Source of the DNA: Polymyxa betae A26-41 | Lineage: Eukaryota > Protista > Endomyxa: Phytomyxea | Reading direction: 5' to 3' | DNA length: 51,668 nucleotides | NCBI GenBank assembly: GCA_003693705.1 | Contig: RBZT01000094.1 | Coordinates: forward strand, 1-51,668 | In this document: in pieces, positions 26,070 to 38,193 of the stretch | Numbering within the stretch: the first letter of the stretch is position 1 | Layout: each line of letters begins with the position of its first letter | The notes under the pieces: model-generated | What the model was told of the DNA's origin: nothing | Seen by the model: the letters and a program-made list of their open reading frames with translations, nothing else | The model's database searches: none | Program-made: the position numbers and the translations under genes

Positions 26070-26902
26070 TAAACAACAAACTATCACATGCGGTCCATGT
26101 TTAAAAGAAGGCATCAGCATATAAACATCTTAACTGAATAAGCATTGGGATAAAACGATAAAATTTTGGAATTGGGCAACTGAGAAGATAATTGTGAATA
26201 CTTCGACCTTCTTAGTCGTCGCGGCCACCGACCCCAGCCATCGCTTTACCTATAGCAAGAGTAAGTCAGGAGCAAACTTTCTAAGCATGAACTAAGCTAG
26301 ATAACTCAAGATTCAATCTAGAATCAATGACCGGTAGGGCCATTATAGAGAGACAATGGTTGTCATAGGAAATCGTCTGAATAATCAAAAAACCACATAC
26401 AGTCCATGTTTATCAAAAGACAAAAACATAGCAAACGTTTTAACTTAATATACATTGAGACAAAGCGATAAATTTTGATATCGGGCATAGCCGCCCCCGA
26501 ATAGATGAAAATTGAGAAATTAATAGTGAATACTTCAACTTTCGTCGTCATCGCGGCCACGGACACCAGCAAACGCTTTACCTATAGCAAGAGTAAGTCA
26601 TTAACAAACTTTCTAAGCATATTCCAAGCAAGCTAACTCAAGATTCAAACGAACCAATGACCGGTAGGGCCATTAGAGAGAGATAGTTTTTTTTAGGAAA
26701 TAGTCTAAATAATAAAAAAACCACATACAATCCATATTTAACAAAAGACAACAACCTAATAAACGTTTTAACTTCAGAAACATTGAGACAAAACGATAAA
26801 ATTTTGGAATTGGGGATAGCCGCCCCCGAACAGATGAAAATTCTGAATATAATTGTGAATACGTCAACATTCTTCGCCATCGCGGCCACCGACCCCAGCA
26901 TC
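26070..26902 (+). repeat. ~330-bp tandem repeat (about 2.5 units), apparently a decayed WD40 (Rae1/Bub3-like) gene fragment
   Basis: CGCGGCCAC anchor at ~26220, 26552 and 26881. ACCTATAGCAAGAGTAAGTCA and ATGACCGGTAGGGCCATTA each occur twice. Units encode WDKTIKFWN / DKTIKFWN and VVAATD/VIAATD. The repeat is certain; the WD40 origin is inference. Confidence 0.8.
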
Positions 26903-26989
26903 GAGATCATTAGCGAATGAGCACCTATGAAGCTTCTTATTCAGAAACAGTTTCGCTTTACAACAGTGATATATTTACATTTTCTGTTT

Positions 26990-27300
26990 ATTGTTGTTGC
27001 TGTGGTATATTGTGATTTACAATCGCAAGAAAAAGCAACTAGTTTCTTCACAGAAAGCAGAATTTAGCAGAGCCCTAACAGCGTGGAATGCTACTTCGAG
27101 GCGCACTTCTGGAAAACCGCAGAGTTTTTGCAGACACATCATTATAATGCAGAAATACGCATTGATTCACAAAAACCTGCTGATAAATGCGGAAAAAGCA
27201 GAACTGCGCGTTCCGGTGCTTGGGAGGCATGATTCTGATACGTTTGATAAGTTCGCTATTGGAAGAATGGCGACCTCAGGACAACGACTACCAGAAGAGA
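26990..27300 (+). pseudogene. Possible Harbinger/ISL2EU transposase C-terminal fragment
   Basis: QKAEFSRA followed, after a frameshift, by NSVECYF resembles Q..FN....R..VE..FG. Confidence 0.3.
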
Positions 27301-27882
27301 GGAATCCGCAAACAACGGTGGATGACAGAAGGATACATCTTGACGTAGACCCATGTGTTTGCGAGAGTTAAATATAGATTTTTAAAAGCCCGCCCAAAAT
27401 ACTCTCTGGCCTGATTTAAAACTGGCCCAAAATAATATTATCCGTCGTATGATTGATGATGAAATGGCTTGCGCGGATTTAGGTTACTGAGATGGCCGCT
27501 CTCGAATGATGACCCATTCCGAAATCCAAGCCATGAAGAAAAAGTAATCAACATTGAAATGCATGTCATTGCAGCTCGTCATGAAACAGCGAACTGTCGA
27601 CTGAAAACATTTGGCTGTCTTGGCGTGAAGTATTTTCGCAACGGGCGCAGCTTCCATTCGATTGTATTTACGGCATGTGGCAATCTCGTGTAGCTGCATT
27701 GGGCTGAGGAGACGATTTTTGACTGGCGTACAAGTGTTGCAAAACTCAAAAATAGTGATTAAAAATTAATTTGCTTTTCTTGCAGTGATAAAAAATAAGC
27801 TAAGGTTTTAGTTTCATACTATTTTGCGAAAACCGTAGCATCCTGGTCAACTGCCGAATAGCTGGTACCTGAGAGTTTTTGG

Positions 27883-28060
27883 ATGCTGAGCGTGCGTCCA
27901 CATTCGAAGAGAAACGTCGGAAATTCGACCTTAAGGCGTCAGCTGGTATTTTTCTCGGATACGCCATCGGGCAGAAGGGCTTACATCGTACAGGACTCGG
28001 AGAGCGGAAAAATAATGAGCAGCCGTGATGTTACGTTCGATGAGAACAAACTCCCAGAAA
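27883..28060 (+). mobile_element. Ty1/Copia fragment (post-integrase SH3-like region)
   Basis: EKRRKFD, then RAYIVQDSESGKIMSSRDVTFDE. Confidence 0.75.
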
Positions 28061-28249
28061 AAAGTAGACAGCTCTCGCAGTTGTCGTGTTATTGACCGAG
28101 ACTTGGTGGGATCCAGAGAATTGCAACCAACTTCTGGTTGAGCTATCGCGGCTGCATTTGGCTGGTGGTTAATCTGGCCAGTATTATGAGCCATGGCGAA
28201 ATTCCGGAGCAGTGTCTAGTTAGACATTTTGCTTGGATGGATATTTTTG

Positions 28250-29380
28250 TGCGGAAAAAGTGAGGGCTATCTTTTTACTGATGCGAACGGTAACCTTTCA
28301 AGTACAGGGCCTTTAATTTAAAGTAAGTTTGTGCGAATTCTTTTTACTTTAAATTTTGTATTTAAAATATTTTACAGATTTAAGAATGCGGTCGCGAACG
28401 TTATTCAGCGGCAAGGGCGATGGGGTATTCACACGATGCCGAAAACAGGATATGTTTGGCGTTGTGGGGTGAAGGCGATCTATCTCAGATCATGATGTCT
28501 GACCGTCACAAGAGCCTGAATTCTGCAAAGAGATATTTCACTGACGAGTTGTCACTTCGGATATCGCAAAACGTGAAGAGTATGTAATATTAGATGATGT
28601 TTTCATGATTCTGATATTTTGTAGCGACGGTTTTCTGCTGCGCTACAAATTCAAATGGCGTCCATTTTTTATCGACAATCCGGGTCCTGCAATGGCCGTC
28701 ACGATAAACGCACTTGATCATGACGACTTTTGTTAGTGGCCAAGAAATTTGTCGAGCGAATAGTTACGCAAAGTGTGCTGGACTCCCGACAGACACTCAA
28801 CCTATTTGCGCTGGGAAACGCCGTGATTCGTTATGATGAATATGGTGATCCTGACTCTTATTTGCAGCAATTGTTCGCAAAGATTGCTGAAGGTGGCATG
28901 GGTGATGTTGCGAATGAAATTACACGGGTTCTTGCCCGAAAATATTCCAACACATTCGCCCCAGCTGTCGTGATGACCCAGGCCGAGCCCGAAAATGCGG
29001 ATTCCGATGATGACAGCATCAGAGCGCCGAGAGCTGTTCCAAGGCCCCAGCCCAAACGTCGTCGTCTGAACGCTACGGTTGATATCGATGAGCGGAAAGA
29101 CATCTCCAAATGCAAGAATACGATGGAGAAAGCTGCGGCCATTAATAGAGTGTACGATATCTCCGAGAGTAGCGGCTCCAGCGTCAATGACATGATACCG
29201 GCACTACTACGTTCTTTATACTCTGTTATTGACCGCATTATGAACTGTCTATCATGCCACTGTAATGGCGCGATTGACGAATTTGTTCGTCCTTGGGGCA
29301 GCAAGATTACTCATTCGAACTTCGGCAGAGAGAAATGACCTGGCTTAGGTGGCAGCAAGCAGGTGTGCGGGTTTTCCGGA
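28250..29380 (+). pseudogene. Tyrosine-recombinase (Crypton-like) gene, C-terminal half
   Basis: 28421-28548 reads WGIHTMPKTGY / LALWGEGDLSQIMMSDRHKSLNSAKRYFTD, the HxxR...H...Y arrangement with R changed to P. It is followed by the 202-aa ORF 28730-29338 (NCLSCHCNG..F..W). Confidence 0.65.
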
Positions 29381-29647
29381 TAATGTATTATTTATCCAAT
29401 ATTACCTCAAATAAAGCTATCTGTTTGATTCCGTACCGGAAGTCTTAATCCTCATCTGCGCCCATATAAAATCGCATAATCCTTAAGGCTCCGGACCCAA
29501 GACCCATCGGCCACCAAACCTCCCTATAAATCGATAGATCTCATCGTCTTCAGCAAGATTATTGATAAAAATATTAATTATTTGCAGAAATTTAGTGAAA
29601 AACTTTGAATGAAGGGGCATATTTTTGGCAGCAGTGTGGGGGATTGT

Positions 29648-31785
29648 CAGGCCTCTTTATTTACGGATATTAGGCCTAAAAGTTCTTAAAATCCGTAAAT
29701 AGAGTGCGAGTTTGATACTTAAATAACGGATATATTGTTATTGTCGGGATTAAAGAGGTAGACCGTAGACTTCGATCTTCATGCTACACAAACGATCCAC
29801 GCCTTTTCAGATATGGGGATACGAGCGACTCAGCATTGCCGGGAGCGTCCATCGGTGGTCAAAAGCTGCCGAATGCCTCTTCTGTGTTCGCCTCGGCAGA
29901 GAGGAGAAGATCGGAGCCAAAAGGAAGCGCACTCAGAATGTTAAATTCTTCACTGCCCCTTTCCGTACGGATAATTACTCTCAGCATCATCAAACAACAT
30001 CCGGAGCGTTGGGAGCACTATCGAAACTTGGATGAAAGTGAGAAGCGAGAATACTTTGCCAATGTTCGTCCTATTAAAGAAACATTGCATTTAATATTTC
30101 TCCGGTAAACAAGTGTGCAAAATCCATTTCACCGACGCAGCGATTGTCGACGTTATCATCGGCGAAATGCTTTGGGACCCCGACAATATTGAGGGAGGAA
30201 CACACATTCGTATGATGAGTGCCTTTGTTGACCTCAGAGATGAAGCCGAGAGTCTTCAAGCTGGGGAAGGTGTCGGTCGATATCGTACCACTATCAAGTC
30301 TGTTTTTAGGAAACCTTCGATTATTACGTGGTTATTTGACTTGGCTTGCTTATAGGAATTCCTTACAATTCGGACTTTCAGTAGACCACTTTTCTGTCGG
30401 TTGCTCGTTTCGACAAACAGCTATCGGTTGACAGCTCCACTGAGGAAACCATAGCAAAATATGCTCGTTACGTTTGCGCTATTAGTTTGCAATCGATTGC
30501 AGAGCTGTTGAGCAAAAGATGGGACTTTGCTGTCGCTTTGGATATGTCTACCCATCATTCGACTTCTTATCTGGGTACCCGTCTTCGAATGCACACCTGT
30601 TCGACCGGCATTTTTATCGGCCATCTCTTAGCTCTGCCGATTTACGGACGCCGCACTGCGGAAGATTTTTTCGAGACCTGCTTTAACGCGCAAGACGCCC
30701 TCTGCTCCTCTTGGCCTGATTTTATTATTGGAATCACATCCGATTGGAAAACAAAATGACAAGTTCGATATCTGGTGTTGCTACTCGTTTTGAACGTGTT
30801 GAGAATCAAGGGTTTCTTCGAATCTGGTCTGCGGCTCATCAGCTCGACATCGTTTTGCAAAAAGCTTATTATCGGTATGGGAATGACGAATTCTATTGTC
30901 GGCTTACCTATGTAATTTCATATCTTCGGCGTCAATCGAATCTCTTCAACGATATGGGAACGAGAGCGCCTAAGGTTCCTGACACCAGATGGGAATCAAT
31001 GTTTAATGTTGCTTCCTGGTTTAAAATGCACCGAGTCCGGATTCTAGATCATTTCCGAGAGAAACACCCATCCAGCGAGCCTAATCCTCAATGGTGGGTG
31101 ATGTTAATGATTGTACAAGAGCTTTCTGGCCGCTGCCGAATCACCATTAACGCTATTCAAGGCCATAAGACAACGGTGGGCGCTCAGAGAAACGAACTGT
31201 TCCGTCTTTATGTCGATCTATTGCATCAAATTGAAGGCCAAGAACCTTGAGTTGCGGCGGAGGTGCTCGTCTTGGACGATACCGGGGCTGTTTCAGAATG
31301 CCGGGGCTTGTGGCGAGTTATCAGAAATAACCCGGGAGTTCATCCTCGATATGGACTCTTTTGTTCACGAACGAATCGACGATATGCGTTCCGACGCTTT
31401 CGATGAAATAGTAACTGATACTGCACAGCTCTACTAAGAATCTGATTCGAGAATCAGCGTGATTGTTGCAGAACGCGATTCCCAAAAAAATCCTAGTTCT
31501 GTACCTATTCCCGAGGTCCTACCGCAAGCGCTGGCATCACAAAGACCGCGTGATTTTTGTGCAACGGTTCGCGAGCAGACTCCTCGGCTGCTGACTACTT
31601 GGTCCAGGACCGACATCGCCAAGATCGAACAGGAGCACAAACAACTGGTTGCATCATATCCCGGCGAACAAATCCTACGTCAGGTGCTAAATGAATTGGG
31701 ACCTGAATCTAGCTTTGAGAGCAGCGAAAAGTGGTTCAGAACCGCTTTAAATTCCTCGAAAGATTCTGTGGAGGTATCGCTTCAG
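29648..31785 (+). mobile_element. hAT-like transposon, 5' TIR plus 3'-truncated transposase pseudogene
   Basis: Begins CAGGCCTCTTTATTTACGGA, related to the TIR of 4388-5353. Motifs CLFC..GRE..GAKRKRT, VALDMSTH, GITSD, WSAAHQLD, DTRWESM. Ends at FLERFCGGIAS, where Copia sequence begins. Confidence 0.82.
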
Positions 31786-33550
31786 GACCTTGAGTCCGAC
31801 CCCAACAATGCGGAGATAAAAACCGCAATCGAGAGGCTGTATCTGCACTTTTTCAGTTCATGATGTCTGCAGCACAGACCAATAGACATGAAACCACCCT
31901 CGCAGACCGCAATACCAACTCCGAAGGCGCACACCATTCCGGCTGGCTCCGAAGCCACTCAAATGCCAATCATTTGCTACTGGGATCACTTTGTGAGTAC
32001 TTCAAGACTCTGACTGCTGACTGCCCGGATATATCATGAACCTGGCAGCGTCTCCTTAAGCATTTCGAATGCAAGGCAGCAGATGATATTCTCTCTTCGG
32101 AAGCTGATTTAAAACGTCTCACATTCAATGACGACTTTGATATTTCGGAGTTTATCAATCAAAACCAGCTCTTTCGCAATTCTTTATCAAGTTGTGGATA
32201 TTGTAGGGCTCTCATTTTCGCATACTTTGGCTATCAAGCAGTTTCGATGAATTTCTGGATATTCTAAGGGCTAGAATAAGCAGAAAATTAATACAACTCA
32301 TCTTCGTTATTATCGTCTCAGGCTTGAACGTCAGATTGCCACACGGAGCTCCTATCACTGACTCAAAATAATTTCTTACTATCATCAAGAATTACCATCA
32401 GGTATGAGAAGCTTTCGTGATGCAATTATGAACGGATCACCCTAACTCCGGACGTATGCGCACCTGGAGAGATTGCTCTAAAAGTTCGCTAAGGATAATC
32501 CGGTCTCAAAAGGGCTCAAGGCGCCAACACGGCCACGATTTCCGAGCCCCGGTGCGGTTACTGCAAGCGATCCGGACATCACAAAACAGAATGTCGCCAG
32601 CGCACTCATTTCTGTCGACTTTGCAGAACGACCGGACATTATGAGAAACGTTGCCGTTCGAATCCGCAACGATTCTCAAGAGTCACTCATCATATCAACA
32701 GCGCATTCAACCTTGTTTCGAGCAGTTATCGCGATAATGGCAAATGGATAATCGATAGCGTCGCCTCTACGTCCTTATGCCCCAATATGAAGCCAACACG
32801 CAAGGTGTTTGGAGAACACATTTCACTGGTTAATGGCGACAGTGTTCCAGTCAACAGTCGCGGCTCAGCGGACCTCGGATTCCGCGTGAGTAACGTTTTG
32901 CATGTCCCATCTGCCAACAGAAGTCTTCTTTCTATCGGTCAAGCCTATGCTGATCATGGAGATATCGATCGCGCCATTTTGGATTTCAAGCATTGCCTGC
33001 TTGAGAAAAACGTCCGAATGACTGCCAAAGTCCAATTGCAGAACGGCCTGTACGTAATAGACGGCCCGATGAATCATGCCGTATACACGGATTCCGCGAA
33101 CATGGACATATGTCATAAACGACTCGCACATGCCCCAAATCCGGTACATCATCGACGCCATCAACAACCGCGCCCTCATTGGTTGTGTCCGTTGTCGGAA
33201 CGAAACCTGGTGCGTCATGTGTCGGTACCGCGTGCGCAACCGGAAAGTCCGCTAAGCTTCCGTTTGAACCCCGAGACCATTCCCGTAGGGCGACTCAACC
33301 AGGGAGAGATCTTCATGTTGACATCTGCGGACCTATGACGACTCGCAGTATCGAAGGCTCTCGCAACGGAAGGCCACCTGTCGACGAATTCTCACGATTT
33401 GTCACTGAATATTTCCTATACAAACGGGTTACTGCTTCTGATCTGATTATTGGAGTGTATCAAATTCTACGAGACCCAGATCATAGCAACAGTTATTGCT
33501 AGCCAAGCCCACTACGCCGGAGAGTTCAAGTCACGATACTTCGAATCATG
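31786..33550 (+). mobile_element. Ty1/Copia internal remnant (gag, protease, integrase N-half)
   Basis: Double knuckle CGYCKRSGHHKTEC / CRLCRTTGHYEKRC, protease WIIDSVAS, NVLHVP..LLS, HKRLAH, and HVDICGPM..VDEFSR. Confidence 0.88.
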
Positions 33551-34744
33551 CAATGCTGTCAAAGTCGCAATTTTGGTTAGAACTTTTGAATATATCAAAA
33601 CGATTTTCAAATCGATTGGATTTGATATTCGTGTTTCTCGCATCATCCCGGTTCCGAATCATTGGTCTTCATCGAGTTACTCACCCAAAATGCGAAGATA
33701 ACTTATTATTACTTTGTTTTAAATTTTGTAAAACAATGAGTATTCGGAGTTAAACGTTGTGCAACGGATCCATGTAATGCTCTTATCTCGCCATATCGTC
33801 ATGCCGAGTATCAAAGGATTTGTAAATCCAAATCTTGCATGAGCTGATAATGGCACAGGTCTCATTAAATCGTGATATTCATGGCATTATAGTGACGGTG
33901 TTTTGAGACATGAGATCCTGAAACTTTGTACAAAAAACGTTGCTACCCATGTACGTTATTAGTACATTTTCTTCGGATCGTGAAATTATTTTTTTATTGA
34001 TTCGAATTCGTAATTTTGATCTGAATCAATGAGATTTTCGCGCCTTGACAAACGGAATCTGGAACTTTGACACAATGCAAATCATTCTATCTCGTTAAAC
34101 GCCGTGAACATCGAGGACTGTTGTTGGAGTGATGGTCTGATGACCATTTCCGGCTTCGCTCTAGAATCCTGAATGAACACTGAGGAAAATGGACTTGTAG
34201 TATAACTGTATAAGAGAGTCCGGTTTTGAACATGACAGACTTAAACTTTGTAAAAGCATGCATTTTTACATTCCTGAGGACATGGTTCATTCAGATTCTT
34301 GCAGTTCCGCTGTAATCCAAGGTCTGTCTATCAAGCTGAAATTGTATTGAAAGCTCTCAATATCGAAATCAGACGGACTCTCTCGACCACCAGATGCTGT
34401 AGTAGACTTGAGAGAGCGTGCGACAGCGCTTGGAGCTGCGCAACAACGCACATTATTTCAATCGCAGAGTTTATGACATATATTGAATATAATTTAGGAA
34501 TCCATGTTCATTCCGATTGATTCCGATACTTGGAATATTAGAGAGTCGAGTTTAGATTTCCACGGACTGGAATATTGTGCAAACACGGTATGTTATTATC
34601 ACTAATGCAATGGTTAAATCAGATTGAGGCAGTCTTAAATCGTTCTATGAGCTGTCTATCATGCCGAATATCTCTATGACGCTTTCTGTGCAGATTGCTG
34701 TCGTACTTAACGCTACAGCGGATGATGTAGACTACTTCAGAAAG

Positions 34745-35240
34745 CGTGGGGTGACGCGTTATCCTTTTCCGCGTGATTTTCCATACGGATTATTCGTATC
34801 TCAGAAAATCATGCGCGACCCCGTATGACCCGTATGATTTCGCTACGGACCATACCGGTGATACGGCTCTGAAAATCATACGGCTCTGAAAATCATACGT
34901 GACCTCGTATGACCCGTAAGATTTCGTTACGGACCATACGGGTAATACGATCTGAAATCATACGAGTTCGTATCACCCGAAGGATTTCGTTAAGGGTCGT
35001 ACTATCTGAAATCATACGAACTCGTCTGACCCGTAGGATTTCGTTACGGACCATACCGGTCATACGGTCTGAAATCATCCGAGCTCGTATGACCCGTTGG
35101 ATTTTGCAACGGCTCATACGGGTCATAGGGTTTATACAAAATCCCACTCGTATGATGTTCTTATGATTCTTCATACGGGTCAACAATCATACACGTTCCT
35201 ATTCGTATAGTTCTACGTTTGATTCTCGTATGAGTTTCAT
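34745..35240. repeat. Degenerate ~63-bp palindromic tandem array
   Basis: About 5 units of CGTATGACCCGTA(G/A)GATTTCGTTACGGACCATAC(G/C)GGTCATACG.TCTGAAATCATACGA, starting near 34822, 34905, 34968, 35022 and 35085. Each unit is internally self-complementary. Confidence 0.9.
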
Positions 35241-36899
35241 GTTCAGAGCCTTAAGCGAAAGTATCTGTGTATGACTATCGAATAATTTTAAATACAATCC
35301 TGTATTAGCTGGATTTCTTTCTATGTCGAGAGACAGCTTCGGATTATCACGATTGCAATAACCACTCTAAGATAATTGAACACGAATGGCGTATATCAAG
35401 CCATGGAACAACTGTAGAGTGAACTGCGCAGCCCTCCAGACATTGCGACAATCAAGTGAGTGGCTCTCTCTCGGTCTTGTCATCCACCAGGGCGTCGTTT
35501 GCAGGCCAAAGAGAATGCAGTTAAGACGGCCGTGCCACCTGCTGACCGGTCTTCACCTGCCTGTGATAACGGGGTACCAGTGGATTTTTGTGGGGAACAC
35601 AACCGTATCATTTATATATAGTAACCACCGGCAGAACCCCTCAACAGGGTAGTGAAGAAGCATGGCGTATCCAATCGCATGCCTTGGAGAGAGATTCCAT
35701 TCTAAAGTATTGGATCCGTGTCCGGTTGAGCCCGAATAACCAGCTGCCTCATAAAATACCTACGGTTGCAGTCAGCCGATCCATCGGCTCGAAACGGGCG
35801 CCTTCAGGCCAAATCCTGTAGAGAGCCGGGGTGTCCCGATCCGATTCGGACTCGCGCCGGGATCGCTAACTGCGCTTTCATCTTGATAAATTGTTTCCAG
35901 CCAGGTGAAAATCATAAACCACAAAAAGAATTGCCAAGCATCCGAGGGGTCCCGCCGCAGTTCTCGGCAGACCTAAAACCCCCAGGGAGTACCTCTTGCC
36001 CCTAGAGTATGGGCGCGGCCACGGAGACCATGGGCGCGCCCACGGAATGACTGCGCTAACGGCTGTCCGTAGATCTGCAATACATTTTACACCCCATCGA
36101 AATCAGCGATTGTGCTTCTTTGACGATGAAGTTTGTCAATAGCTCGACATTGAAATGGCACCAAGTGAATCGGTTTGGGAAGGGGTATTATTTTTTAAAG
36201 AAAGCTGCAAAACCATTGATTATTTCTGATCCATGTACCTTCTGTAAAGAAGCTCTGCATGCCGGCCCCGCTGACAAGACCCCCGAGGCATGTTTCGACC
36301 TTTTGCGGGTCATGGACAATATGCATCTGTTTGGCGAGGCTTCTGACATTGTTGCCAGCTGGCGATCCAGCAAGATCCCGGCTCAGAATCGCTGTTTATC
36401 GAAAAGGGAGAGGCAACCGATCGGGACTACCGACAATCAGAATAGTGTCTGGCTATAACACCAGAATGATTTTCTTTACTGGAGGATGACCCCTCTTGGC
36501 CAACGGTCACCAACCAAGAGCTCACCGAGGTTTTGAAGGCCCACGCCGAAACGTGGCTGGCTAAAATGTCACCACTGTATCAGCTGGCCTGCAGGAGTAA
36601 TTCGTATATCTATTCAGATCATTTTACATAATTGATGTGAATTAGTGCTGTTCATGGCGATAGCATAACAAGATACGATAATGATCGTCCGACTATTTTG
36701 AGACGAGTAAACTTGCTCGTTGGCAATTTTGTGCTTTCGATCAGAGCTGCACTCTCGGACGGCAGTGCTCCGAATTTCCAAAGGAATGAAAGCTCAAGGA
36801 ACGAACGTCATAACTGTTTTATTAAAATACCTTGAAAGCTTTGAATGTAGGGTGGAAACAATTTGCAATTGACCATACAGGTCGTGCTCCAACACCTCT

Positions 36900-37810
36900 A
36901 CTGGGCAAATTTGGAACCGGCAATGGAGACTATAAAACTAACGTCCAAGGCATCATACTCCAGACTACAATCCCATTCAACCCTCAAAGAAATGGCGTAG
37001 TCGAACGTATGGATCGGACTTTTTCGGACCGTGCCCGGACAATGATGCTTCAAGCGGGACTCCCAAATAGCTGTTTTGCCTATGCGAATGCTGCAGCAGC
37101 GCACATCCCAAACTGGATCCCATCTTCCGCCAACAATGGTTGAACCCTTATGAAATGTTCTTTGGTACCATTCCGGCCCTGACACATCCGTGCGTTCGCA
37201 TGTCGCGTTTGTGTCCATGTCCCTCACCAGAATCGCAAGAAATTCGACCCCAAACTTTCCTGGGTTATGCTCAAACTCAGAAAGGTTATGTGGTGCAAGA
37301 TGACGATACCGGAAAGATTTTCAATGCACGCGACGCAACTTTTGATGGTCTTCTGCTTCATAGCACAGTGGCAAAAACCACATTGATGACAATTTCCCAA
37401 ATGATGTCAGCTTTATGCGCATCCCGACAATGAACCTCCTCTGACCCCTATCTTTCATGACCTGCCCGAGGATGAAGAACATCCCGTACTTACAGATACC
37501 AGTAACATTATCAATGAGCGACAACTCATGATAATTTATCGCGACGAAGAACCTCCCATGATACCTCGCAAAACGATTCAGAACCGCAATCGAATGTCCC
37601 TACGCAGCAGACCTGCGACCAAATCCCGACATCATTGTAAGTTCCGAACTCTGAACCTACAATTAGGGCATCACAAGAGTTCGCAAACGACCCGGTACAT
37701 TTCAGGAAATGAAAAGCGTGAACACATGGAGACTCTCTTGTGCCGCCAGCAATCCATAACCATGACGTTAATGCTGCTCTCGAACACAGCTCCTCTGAAG
37801 AGGCTGTTGG
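36900..37810 (+). mobile_element. Ty1/Copia integrase C-half and linker remnant
   Basis: TTIPFNPQRNGVVERMDRT..RARTMM, PYEMFFG, FLGYAQTQKGY..RDATFD. Confidence 0.88.
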
Positions 37811-38087
37811 GGTAAAACTGGTTTCGGGATAATTACCGACAATTTGGTGTTGTCGGGTGAACGAAGAAGGGCTAAGGTACCAGAATCTCTCGTGTACAAT
37901 ACACGGACTTTTGTTGAACTTCGATAAATATTTATTAATGTTTTAATGGTCTGAAGAATACTCCTATTCCTGAACAGAGTTTATGCGGACTGCTGTCCAT
38001 GAAAGCGCTAATAAAGTTTATATAAGAGAGCGTGACGGGTCCGTGGTTGCGACCAAGTTGTGCACCAAATATTGAGTGAGAAACTGG

Positions 38088-38192
38088 GCGACTCATGTTG
38101 AACCGAGTCCGACTCGACCGGCCCCGTACAGATTCGACTCTGACTCGGCTCAGCAGTCTGTGAGTCGAGTATCTCGAATCGAGTCGAGCTCA
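38088..38192. repeat. Cluster of GACTCG/CGAGTC motifs in both orientations
   Basis: CCGAGTCCGACTCGAC..TTCGACTCTGACTCGG..GAGTCGAG..TCGAGTCGAG; resembles a DNA-transposon subterminal motif array. Confidence 0.55.
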
Positions 38193-38193
38193 C

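Noticed and set aside
27430-27720. hAT/BED fragment on the minus strand (ISEWVIIRERP)
   Set aside because: One short motif is not enough to call a feature.
31810-31840. AACCGCAATCGAGAGGCTG as the right TIR of the 29648 hAT element
   Set aside because: The match is poor, the TSD GGGATTGT does not follow, and it lies in Copia gag-like sequence.
34745-35240. CRISPR-like array, or real proteins in ORFs 34893-35186 and 34909-35166
   Set aside because: There are no unique spacers and no cas genes, and the context is eukaryotic. The ORFs are by-products of a 63-bp period.
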